The notes beneath the pieces were generated by a model. That model was not told the origin of the DNA. It saw only the letters and a program-made list of their open reading frames with translations, and did no database searches. A stretch of DNA of 64,000 nt from a virus (lineage: Duplodnaviria; Caudoviricetes): IMG/VR virus record IMGVR_UViG_3300028591_000122, positions 32,001 through 96,000 of that record; one strand, 5' to 3'. Positions 9,221-17,833 of the stretch are shown here, piece by piece. Each line of letters opens with the position of its first letter. The first letter of the stretch is position 1. Made by a program: the position numbers and the translations under genes.

Positions 9221-9915
9221 AATTTTTTCCTCTTATCTTTCCGTGGATATTCCACTAATCTAAAATGGTTGCGTGATTCAATAATGATTCAATAGTGGTA
9301 TTGTGGTTTTATGAGTCCATCTGCCCTCTAAACAGAGTTTTCTTCTTTATGGTCATTGCGCAAAGCCGTAAAATTTGAGTCGTTGGCTTGTTGCCCACAT
9401 TTTATAGAGTAAGTGGACTCGCTCTCATAAAGAGTATAGTTCAAACCGATATTAAATTGATGCTATTGGTTACTTTAGTTGCTCGCCGTTTCGCCGTGTC
9501 CACCTTATCTCTATCTATTCTCATAGCCTAATAATCATCAATTTACTGAGTCAAAAGCCCTTAAGCAAGAGACCAAGCGATTTTGAATACCTTAGTTGTT
9601 AGAGAAAATTTGGTTATTTGTGGGTGGTATTATCAATAGCCGTGATAAATAATCTTTATCTTTATAGTTGCATTAAAGCCGTGACTTTATGCTATCTATT
9701 TGTGAGCCGTGACTCATTGAATAGATATACTATAATCATATTGATTACAATAATAGTATATCAAAATTCAATAGTAAAAAGTGTCATTTTTTATATAAAA
9801 ATAGGGGGTATTTAAAATGGTGGAATGCCTTATTTTATGGGAAGTGCTAGCACCAGCTAAACAATGTTCATATCCCATCACAATCCGATACGATTTTGTA
9901 CACCCAAATGCCAAT

Positions 9916-9982
9916 AGCAAGATTTGTAAAATAGAGCAATATTTGTAAAGCAATAAATGTAAAAAATAGCAATAATTGTAAA
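9916..9982 (+). repeat. four 15-bp direct repeats, consensus AGCAATAWWTGTAAA (iteron/operator-like)
   Basis: Copies at 9916, 9935, 9949 and 9968. Confidence 0.7.
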
Positions 9983-10081
9983 ACCGCGGGTGTAAAGTAA
10001 AAATACTTGACAGGTAGTCTAAACTAACCCGAATGTTATAATGTGGAGTATAACATTTAAAAATAAAAAATAAGGTTTTTG

Positions 10082-10110
10082 TTGAAAAACACAAGATAAT
10101 GTGGTACGAT
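10082..10110 (+). promoter_or_regulatory. sigmaA-type promoter for the rightward arm
   Basis: TTGAAA-17bp-TACGAT with an extended TG; a further TGnTATAAT at 10034-10042. Confidence 0.55.
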
Positions 10111-10149
10111 AAATTCCGGAATACAAAAAGTTGTCACCTTTGACTGAAT

Positions 10150-10400
10150 AGTAGTGTATTATATATATAAATATACTGTATATATTTTAACCACTACTGT
10201 ATATATAAGTTTACTGTATATGAAAGAGTAACTGTATATATATAAATATACTATATATAAAGAGTAAGTATATTATGTATACAGTAAGTGTATTAATATA
10301 AATATAACATAGCTATAGAGTAAGTATATATTATATAAGTTAGTATAACTATATTAGTAAGAGTGATATAAGTAAGTTTATTGTATAGAGTATATTATTT
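10150..10400. repeat. very AT-rich tract with ACTGTATAT and AGAGTAAGTATA repeats
   Basis: ACTGTATAT at 10175, 10196, 10213, 10231; AGAGTAAGTATA at 10261 and 10317. Confidence 0.6.
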
Positions 10401-10441
10401 TTTCTCCGTCAGGAGAGAAAATAATAATATAAAGGGGATAT

Positions 10442-11338
10442 ATGATATTAGAATTAAATACTAATAATATACAAGAAGGTATGTATATTAAAAACTATAG
10501 AGAGTTATGTAAGTTATTAAACTTAAATATATGTACTGGTAAAAGTAAGATATTGCAATTAAAAGAAGTAAATAGATATTTAGATTTACTTAAAGATAAA
10601 AATACTAATGGGTATATTGTATTAGAGAAATATGAGAAACCATTACCAAGTACAGTACATAGTAAGTATACTAAATTCATACAGAATATTTTACTGTATT
10701 ATTTATCTCAAAAAGATTTGCCTGTAGTATATGTGAATAAAAATGAACTGATTAAGATATTGGGATTAGTAAATGACAGATATATAGATTATAGGCGAAA
10801 TAAGAATAAGTTATTGGATATAGCGAATGAATATAATATCTATGAGTTTTATAAGCGGACGGACAGTAAGATATTAAGTATACTAGAATCATCACTCAAG
10901 AGTTTAAAGAATAGACTGCTTATAGATTATAGTGACGCATATAAGATATATTATTTAAACAGCCACGGAACGTATGATTATAAGATAGCCAATATAGAAG
11001 AACACCAATACATATTAGATGTCAAAAAGCGTGTGTTGGACGAATTGGGTTATCAATCCGAATACCAAGTATATTTTTCTAATGGCATAAAAGAGAAATA
11101 CTATGCGAGGATAAATCACATAGTCGAAGAAGAGATGTGTTGGGAGGGGGTATTCCAATGTTACCAAATCATTTATAACCAACGGCACGTTATAAAGGAA
11201 CTTGAGAACGAAAGAATACTTTTAAACAACGAAGTCAAGAAAGCATTAGATATACAGGCAGAGAAAAGATATAACGATTACGATTTAGCATTACAAAAAG
11301 TATTATCCGAGTTTTTAATAGAATTAAATGTATTATAA
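10442..11338 (+). CDS. AT-rich hypothetical protein upstream of the RNA polymerase, possibly DNA-binding (replication or transcription factor)
   Basis: 298-aa ORF with AAGGGG RBS; lies next to the repeat-rich region; function is inferred from position only. Confidence 0.55.
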   Translation: MILELNTNNIQEGMYIKNYRELCKLLNLNICTGKSKILQLKEVNRYLDLLKDKNTNGYIVLEKYEKPLPSTVHSKYTKFIQNILLYYLSQKDLPVVYVNKNELIKILGLVNDRYIDYRRNKNKLLDIANEYNIYEFYKRTDSKILSILESSLKSLKNRLLIDYSDAYKIYYLNSHGTYDYKIANIEEHQYILDVKKRVLDELGYQSEYQVYFSNGIKEKYYARINHIVEEEMCWEGVFQCYQIIYNQRHVIKELENERILLNNEVKKALDIQAEKRYNDYDLALQKVLSEFLIELNVL

Positions 11339-11346
11339 AGGGGATT

Positions 11347-13929
11347 ATGATGTCAGAATTTGGATATAAGATTAACAACTATGAAGCAGGGTCTATCTAT
11401 GGAGTCATGTTAGGAATGAGAGATAGATACGACTACACAGAAGCAATGTTAACTAATAGTCTTTTCACAGACTTTTTACTTGATAATGGCTTGCAAGTAA
11501 AGAATGATTCTACTCGTGATGTTATTTGTTTGGATTTCAATTATGGAACTCGCGGACCTGAAGATGAAATCAAGCATTTAATCAAAGTAGCGAAAGAAGC
11601 AAGACTAAAATATAAAGTGGCAAAGTCATTCGGAGAAGGAGAAAACGAAAGACTCAGAAGAAAGAAAATCTCTGCTTTGTATTTAGACGTTAAGAATAAT
11701 CCCGAGAAATATAAAAAAGTTTCAAAGGACGAGATACGAACATACTTTTACAATAATGGTGTGCCTATTACATATCATACCCGTAAGGGAGATGAGACAA
11801 TAACATATAAGATGTTGTATCGTACACCGGGCAAAGCCAAAGCAGGCAAGTGTATGTTCATCAAAGAGAAACTTTATAAAAAGGCTAGAAACTTTCTTTA
11901 TATGGGCATTAAACTAAAAAAGAGAAATGCACCCATAGTTGAGATAGGGGCATACTCGTCTTTGATTACTTCCACCATTGTCGGTAAAGTCAGAATCAAA
12001 CCAGAGGAGATTTTAGTGCTTCCAGACTTTGATTCCAAATTCAAGACTAATATAGTGGCTATTAAAACAGATAAAGAGAAACATTGTTACGCAGAGAGAA
12101 TCAATGACTACGAAGTAAAGAATACTATCTTCGACGGACAAGGCTTAATTGATGCGTCAATCTTTCCCGAATGGGGAGATGGTTATATTCTCTTAAGACA
12201 TCATATGTGTAAGTGTGCCGCGTTTAGTGCGAATCTCCAATTGTTCTTTAAGGATTACTTTAGGGAAGACTATGAGAAAGCCACAGTAAAAGATATGTGG
12301 GGGAATGATGTAAGGGTTAAGAAGATAAAACTCGTAACCACAGACCAGAGTATGAAATGGATTAAGTTTGATTTAGGCTTTGATTATTGGTCAGAGTGGG
12401 TGAGAAAGAACGATTGTATGTTCGGCATCGTAAAGACCGCACATCATAGCAAACTCGGAAATGTACAGAGAATGTCGTATCAAATGATTAACTCATTGTC
12501 GGAAGAGATAATGCCTAATGTCATTGATAAGAGCATAAGATACATCGAAAGACTCAAAACAGATGATTATATATTCCTTGAGTATTTGGAGAGAACTGCC
12601 AACTTCAGTAATGACCACGAAGTATTAGTGGCATTGGTAAAGAGAAATCCAGACTTCTTAAGAAGCGAATACTATAGAGCCAGAAAAAGAGACATTATCC
12701 GTGCGTATGTATTGGACTTCAAGAACGGAAGGTCTATTCAAAACGCAGATAATTTAACCATAGTAGGCAGTCCTTATGCTATGCTGCTTCATGCAGTGGG
12801 GGAGAATCCGGAAGACGACCCCACATTTAGAACCGAGAAAGATTGTATTCAATGTTATTCCGAGAGATTCTTGGATAAAGAATACCTTGCAGAGTTTCGT
12901 TCACCGTTTAACTCTCGTAATAATATGGGGTACTTGCATAATAATCTCCATCCGTTGATTAAGAAATACTTTAATCTCGGTAAACTTTGTATCGCAGTTA
13001 ATATGATACACACCGACTTCCAAGATAGAAATAACGGTTCGGATATGGACTCCGACTCAATCTACACAACGAACCAAGAAGATATAGTCGCTCACGCGAA
13101 GTATTGCTATTTGAATTACCCAACAATTGTTAATATGATTCCCAAGGAAAAGAATCATTATGACAATACGATGGACGACTTTGCAGCGATTGATAATAAA
13201 CTTGCCGCATCACAGCTTGCCATAGGGGAATCATCTAACCTCGCGCAGTTATCATTGTCATATACTTATAATTATGATGATAAGAAGTATGATGATTATG
13301 TATGTATATTAAGTGTTGTGGCACAGGCGGCTATTGATAATACCAAAAGAACATTTGATATAGACATACCGCAGGAAATCAAACGCATTAAGAAAGACTT
13401 GGGAGTCAGTGACAGTAAATACCCCAAGTTCTTCTCAATAGTTAAAAAGAACTTTAACTATGATAATATAAATAAACAATTAAAGTGTCCCATGAACTTC
13501 TTATACGATGTAGAGATTTCAAAGATAAGAGATTCAAGACCACCAATCCCTATGAGTGAATTCTTCGAACCCGTACCGTTGGACTCTGATAGAAAGAAAT
13601 CCAAGAAAGTTGAGAAGATGATAGAAAAATATTCTTTGTCTGTATATAAATATAATATAGGCGAGGGAAACGAGGAGTATTTGGTACTGCAATATAACTT
13701 CTTTAAGTTAGTAGAAGATATAAGAGCAATGTATATATCCCGTAATTATAAAAGTCTTATGGCTTGGTTAATCAATAGAGCCTTTCTTATAACACCGGGC
13801 ATACAGTGTAACCAGAAAACAATAAAGACCAAACTAAATAAGAACAGGTCATTACTGCTTAAGACATTATATACAGTTAATCCAGATTTATTTTTAGAAT
13901 GTTTTACAAAAATGGAAAAAACTTTCTAA
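11347..13929 (+). CDS. YonO-like single-subunit double-psi-barrel DNA-dependent RNA polymerase
   Basis: 860 aa; FDGQG, RSP and metal-binding GSDMDSD (DxDGD-type) motifs of the cellular RdRP/YonO family; followed by HU and head genes as in SPbeta. Confidence 0.8.
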   Translation: MMSEFGYKINNYEAGSIYGVMLGMRDRYDYTEAMLTNSLFTDFLLDNGLQVKNDSTRDVICLDFNYGTRGPEDEIKHLIKVAKEARLKYKVAKSFGEGENERLRRKKISALYLDVKNNPEKYKKVSKDEIRTYFYNNGVPITYHTRKGDETITYKMLYRTPGKAKAGKCMFIKEKLYKKARNFLYMGIKLKKRNAPIVEIGAYSSLITSTIVGKVRIKPEEILVLPDFDSKFKTNIVAIKTDKEKHCYAERINDYEVKNTIFDGQGLIDASIFPEWGDGYILLRHHMCKCAAFSANLQLFFKDYFREDYEKATVKDMWGNDVRVKKIKLVTTDQSMKWIKFDLGFDYWSEWVRKNDCMFGIVKTAHHSKLGNVQRMSYQMINSLSEEIMPNVIDKSIRYIERLKTDDYIFLEYLERTANFSNDHEVLVALVKRNPDFLRSEYYRARKRDIIRAYVLDFKNGRSIQNADNLTIVGSPYAMLLHAVGENPEDDPTFRTEKDCIQCYSERFLDKEYLAEFRSPFNSRNNMGYLHNNLHPLIKKYFNLGKLCIAVNMIHTDFQDRNNGSDMDSDSIYTTNQEDIVAHAKYCYLNYPTIVNMIPKEKNHYDNTMDDFAAIDNKLAASQLAIGESSNLAQLSLSYTYNYDDKKYDDYVCILSVVAQAAIDNTKRTFDIDIPQEIKRIKKDLGVSDSKYPKFFSIVKKNFNYDNINKQLKCPMNFLYDVEISKIRDSRPPIPMSEFFEPVPLDSDRKKSKKVEKMIEKYSLSVYKYNIGEGNEEYLVLQYNFFKLVEDIRAMYISRNYKSLMAWLINRAFLITPGIQCNQKTIKTKLNKNRSLLLKTLYTVNPDLFLECFTKMEKTF

Positions 13930-14146
13930 AATGTATACGGAAAAAAATAAAATCAAATAGTTTTTCAACAAAAAATATATAAAAAAATATCAAAAATTTA
14001 GGTTTTTTGGGACACCCTTTGACCCACTATCAAGGTTAAGAGGTGTCTCAACCCCTTGCAAATAGGGCGTTTCAGAAAATTTTTTAATGTGACTTATAGA
14101 AGGGAGGCGAACGACCTCCCCGATAGTGAGAAAAGGGAGTAAAAAG

Positions 14147-14356
14147 ATGAAGGAAAAAAAGGAAAACAAATGTAGAGCGTGCGGTTCTCCTTTCGTGCGT
14201 ATTGACGGAACCAATATCATTGCGTGTTCTAATGTGAAATGTGATGGCAAACAATGGTTCACAGACGAAAAAGGAAACAAAAAGTTTAAATATGTTGGTA
14301 CTTATTTCCTAACGGACTCCATTCCTTTAACGGGAGGGGTTGAATGGGAATGCTAA
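14147..14356 (+). CDS. small Zn-ribbon protein
   Basis: CRAC...CSNVKC; GGGAG RBS before ATG 14147. Confidence 0.6.
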   Translation: MKEKKENKCRACGSPFVRIDGTNIIACSNVKCDGKQWFTDEKGNKKFKYVGTYFLTDSIPLTGGVEWEC

Positions 14357-14679
14357 ATTATAAACAACTTGCTCGTAAAGTAGCAAAGAAAACTGGCTAT
14401 CACGTTGGAGAAGTACAATACATTGTCAAAGCAACATTTGCAGTTATGCTTGAAGAACTGTTAAATGACAATGAGATAATGATAACGAACTTTGGTAAGT
14501 TCCAATTGAGTAAAAGGGCTCCGAGAAAATGTATCGATGCCAGAACAGGTTTGCCAACAATGACTAATTACAAAGCAGATATTAAATTTACTACTGCCTT
14601 AAGATTAAGAGAAAAACTTGCGCTCTTGACAGACCCAAAATATGATTGGGGAGATGATAACTCCGTTGGAGACGAATGA
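14344..14679 (+). CDS. hup: HU/IHF-family DNA-binding protein
   Basis: ITNFGKFQLSKRAPRKCIDARTG...IKF matches the HU arm motif; syntenic with SPbeta yonN. Confidence 0.85.
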   Translation: MGMLNYKQLARKVAKKTGYHVGEVQYIVKATFAVMLEELLNDNEIMITNFGKFQLSKRAPRKCIDARTGLPTMTNYKADIKFTTALRLREKLALLTDPKYDWGDDNSVGDE

Positions 14680-14741
14680 ACTCTGGCGTTGTTATAAATA
14701 GGTCTGCCCACCTTTTGGGCGAGAACATGAGGTTCTCTGGT

Positions 14742-14815
14742 AGCGTAGTAGCTCAGTTCGGCAGGAGCAACGGATATTAAGCCGTGTGTCGCGGGTTCAA
14801 ATCCCGTCTGCGCTC
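14742..14815 (+). tRNA. tRNA-like gene with aberrant anticodon arm (Asn-ATT-like or pseudo-tRNA)
   Basis: Acceptor AGCGTAG/CTGCGCT, D arm GCTC/GAGC, T arm GCGGG-TTCAAAT-CCCGT; anticodon arm one nt short; no encoded CCA. Confidence 0.7.
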
Positions 14816-14851
14816 GCTGAGGATTGAAAGGAATAAAAGGAGGAAAAGGAT

Positions 14852-15916
14852 ATGGCATCGTTACAGTATGCCCTGTCGGTTAATGAATTAAAGGCTAGGG
14901 GTGTATCTTCTTTAAGAGAAGAATACGATAAAATATCCAACACCTATAATTCGTTATTGGACAAAGAAATATTAATGTGTCCAGTATGCGGTGACTTTAA
15001 AAAGAGAGACACCGCTTTTTATAATGATAATCGTTATATTACTGGCAAGAATCCGATTTGTAAGGAATGTCTGTTAAAGATTGCAGAGCAGAGAAAGAAA
15101 GACAGAGACACTCCCGTTGAAACAAAAGAGAGTGTTCAAAAGGTTTTGCAGATATTGGATAAGCCTTACGATGATGATTTCTATGAAAAGTGTGTAAAAG
15201 GGGCAAAGGACGGAGTTAGGGAAAAGAACCGTAACTCACCCTTTGCTACTTACATAACCGCTATTATGTCTCTACCTCAATGGCAGAATAAAACATATAG
15301 CGACAGTGACTTTGGAAGTTCCATAGAAACAACAGAACTCACAGAAGAAGAAATCGCAATGAACGAGGAGCTTCTTCGAAAAGCCAGAGACAGATTCGGC
15401 AGAGATTATAACAATGTCGATTTGTTGTTCTTGGAAAAGGAGTATGAAGATTGGACAGCGAGAAACCCGTGTGAAACAAAAACACAGGAATTACTGTTTA
15501 AGAGAATTTGTTTCAAGGAACTTGAAATTGACAAATTGCAGAAAGATGGCAAAGATACTAAAGAAGCAGATAAAACTTTACAAGAGTTATTGGCTTCGTC
15601 ACAGTTAAAGCCATCACAGAATGCGGCTAACGCATTAACAGATGCAAAGACGTTCGGTCAGTTAATAGAGAAGTGGGAAAATGAGAAACCCATACCTGAG
15701 CCATTAGAAGAATTTAAGGACGTTGATAGGATAGGTCTTTTAATAGATGTATTCTTCAAAGGACACCTTTCGAAAATGATGGGATTAAAAAATGCATTTT
15801 CTTCTCGGTATGACCAATTTATGAAAAAATATACTGTCAACAGACAGGAATATCAGAACGATGAATATTCCGAAGAACTGTTTGATAAGTTGTTTGGTAC
15901 GAAGTTAGATGACTAA
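14852..15916 (+). CDS. putative terminase small subunit (Zn-finger)
   Basis: CPVC and CKEC motifs; overlaps terL; occupies the small-subunit position. Confidence 0.6.
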   Translation: MASLQYALSVNELKARGVSSLREEYDKISNTYNSLLDKEILMCPVCGDFKKRDTAFYNDNRYITGKNPICKECLLKIAEQRKKDRDTPVETKESVQKVLQILDKPYDDDFYEKCVKGAKDGVREKNRNSPFATYITAIMSLPQWQNKTYSDSDFGSSIETTELTEEEIAMNEELLRKARDRFGRDYNNVDLLFLEKEYEDWTARNPCETKTQELLFKRICFKELEIDKLQKDGKDTKEADKTLQELLASSQLKPSQNAANALTDAKTFGQLIEKWENEKPIPEPLEEFKDVDRIGLLIDVFFKGHLSKMMGLKNAFSSRYDQFMKKYTVNRQEYQNDEYSEELFDKLFGTKLDD

Positions 15917-17648
15917 AACTGCCAAACAAGTTGCTCAGGATAAAGAACAAAAGATTATGGAAACCGTTGCGGAAAGAGCGGCTTATTATAGAGCCAATCC
16001 GCATAGGTTTGCAGAGGAATGTTTAAATATAAAACTTAAATGGTTCCAGTGCATTCTCTTGTGGGCTATGATGCAATATAACTATTTTGCATTTATTGCC
16101 GCCAGAGGACTTGGAAAAACATTCCTAACTTCACTGTTTGCAGTAATTCGTTGTATTCTTTATCCCGGCACCAAAGTAATCGTAGTATCGGGTACATTAA
16201 AGCAAGCCAACGAAGTATTGCTTAAGATACAAGATGAACTTATGCCAAAGTCCGCGTTCTTAAGACGAGAAATAACCAAATGCTCTATAGGTGTCCAAGA
16301 CGCAGAAATTGTTTTTGCTAACGGCTCGTGGATAAGAACAAGACCTAGTACGGATAACGCTCGTGGTTGTCGTGCTAATCTTCTAATCTGTGATGAATTT
16401 AGAATGATAAACGAAAAGGTTGTTGACTTGGTATTAAGAAAATTCTTAACATCACCGAGACACCCCGGTTACTTGGACAAACCAGAATATGCTCATCTTG
16501 TAGAAAGAAACAAGGAAATTTATATGTCCTCTGCTTACTTCAAGAGTTCGTGGGCATATAAAAAGGTACAAGGTTATGTCATTAACTTCTTCGACGATAT
16601 GAAGAAGTTTTTTGTTTGTGGACTCCCTTATCAACTTTCAATACGAGAGGGGTTGCTTTCTCGTGAACAGATTGAAGATGAAATGAGTGAATCCAATTTC
16701 AACCAAACCTTGTTCGACATGGAAATGGGTTGTATGTGGTTCGGAGATGACGGAGACAGTTTGTTTAAATACGAAGATGTAAATCATTGTCGTAAAATAC
16801 AACACACACTGTTGCCGTTAAAATACTATAATCAAAACAATCCAGTGCCAAATGTTTCTGATAATGGCAGACGTATTCTTTCTGTCGATGTTGCTTTAAT
16901 GCAAACAACGAAGAAAAAGAAGAACGACGCGACTGCTATTTTCATAAACGAACTCGTACAACAAGACGATGTAAGTTATCAATCCAACTTCTGTTATGCG
17001 GAAACATTGGAGGGTAAGACTACTGACGAAGTAGGTCTTGTCGTAATGAGATATTTTTATTGTTATAAGTGTACTGATTTAGTTCTAGATACGATGGGCG
17101 TGGGTTTAGGAATTTACGATTTTATTGTTAAAGACCAATACGACCCAGAGACTGGTAAGGTTTACAAGGCGATTACTTGTATTAACGATGCAGACATGGC
17201 TCAACGTTGTAAGGTTAAAGACCCGAATAAAGTCTGTTGGTCTATTAAAGCCAATCCTAAATTCAACAGCGAGATATGTTTGTTGTTGAGAAACGGAATC
17301 CAGAACGGAAAAGTAAATATGCTTATTGATGAAACTGAATGTGACGAATCTCTTAATAAGACTCTCAAGAAATTTAAAACATTCTCTGATGCGGAGAAAG
17401 CACTCATCAAGAATCCTTACGTTCAAACCACTCTCACGGTATATGAGTTAATTAAACTTGAACACGAAGTAAAGGGAAACCTTGTATCTGTACGAGAACA
17501 ATCCGGTATGCGTAAGGACCGTTATTCATCTATGGCATATAATTATTGGTGTGCGTGTCAACTCGAATTAGGTCTTAAACCAAAAACAGAAAGCACACAG
17601 TCTTTATTAGATAAATTTCTAATAAGGGCGGCAAGACACAGTTTTTAA
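15909..17648 (+). CDS. terL: terminase large subunit
   Basis: Walker A AARGLGKT, Walker B LLICDE, nuclease SVDVA...ND and KDRYS motifs. Confidence 0.92.
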   Translation: MTKTAKQVAQDKEQKIMETVAERAAYYRANPHRFAEECLNIKLKWFQCILLWAMMQYNYFAFIAARGLGKTFLTSLFAVIRCILYPGTKVIVVSGTLKQANEVLLKIQDELMPKSAFLRREITKCSIGVQDAEIVFANGSWIRTRPSTDNARGCRANLLICDEFRMINEKVVDLVLRKFLTSPRHPGYLDKPEYAHLVERNKEIYMSSAYFKSSWAYKKVQGYVINFFDDMKKFFVCGLPYQLSIREGLLSREQIEDEMSESNFNQTLFDMEMGCMWFGDDGDSLFKYEDVNHCRKIQHTLLPLKYYNQNNPVPNVSDNGRRILSVDVALMQTTKKKKNDATAIFINELVQQDDVSYQSNFCYAETLEGKTTDEVGLVVMRYFYCYKCTDLVLDTMGVGLGIYDFIVKDQYDPETGKVYKAITCINDADMAQRCKVKDPNKVCWSIKANPKFNSEICLLLRNGIQNGKVNMLIDETECDESLNKTLKKFKTFSDAEKALIKNPYVQTTLTVYELIKLEHEVKGNLVSVREQSGMRKDRYSSMAYNYWCACQLELGLKPKTESTQSLLDKFLIRAARHSF

Positions 17649-17813
17649 ACGGTGGCGTTAAGGTTGGTAACCGAGGCGAAACAAGCAACTTTTTCAGGAG
17701 TATACGGTATCTCAATACAAGCCGTGCCGAGTCACCGTTTATAATATATAGCATTATTCGTTTGGGCGGTTCCGTCAGTGTGATACGAAATCGCTCGAAT
17801 GAAAATGTATAAA
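17646..17813 (+). ncRNA. candidate structured RNA between terL and portal
   Basis: TAAACGGTGGC/GTCACCGTTTA closing helix and a 15-bp hairpin whose mismatches are all G-U compatible. Confidence 0.45.
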
Positions 17814-17833
17814 ACAAAGAAGGAGGTAGCCTT

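Noticed and set aside
10007-10042. TTGACA...TATAAT as a perfect sigmaA promoter
   Set aside because: The spacer is 24 bp; only the extended -10 element is plausible.
9618-10094. ORF-track calls 9618..9815 and 9768..10094
   Set aside because: No RBS, atypical composition, and they overlap repeat and promoter elements.
9900-10400. Repeats as a CRISPR array
   Set aside because: Units are 9-15 bp, nearly abutting, without spacer-sized unique sequences; no cas genes.
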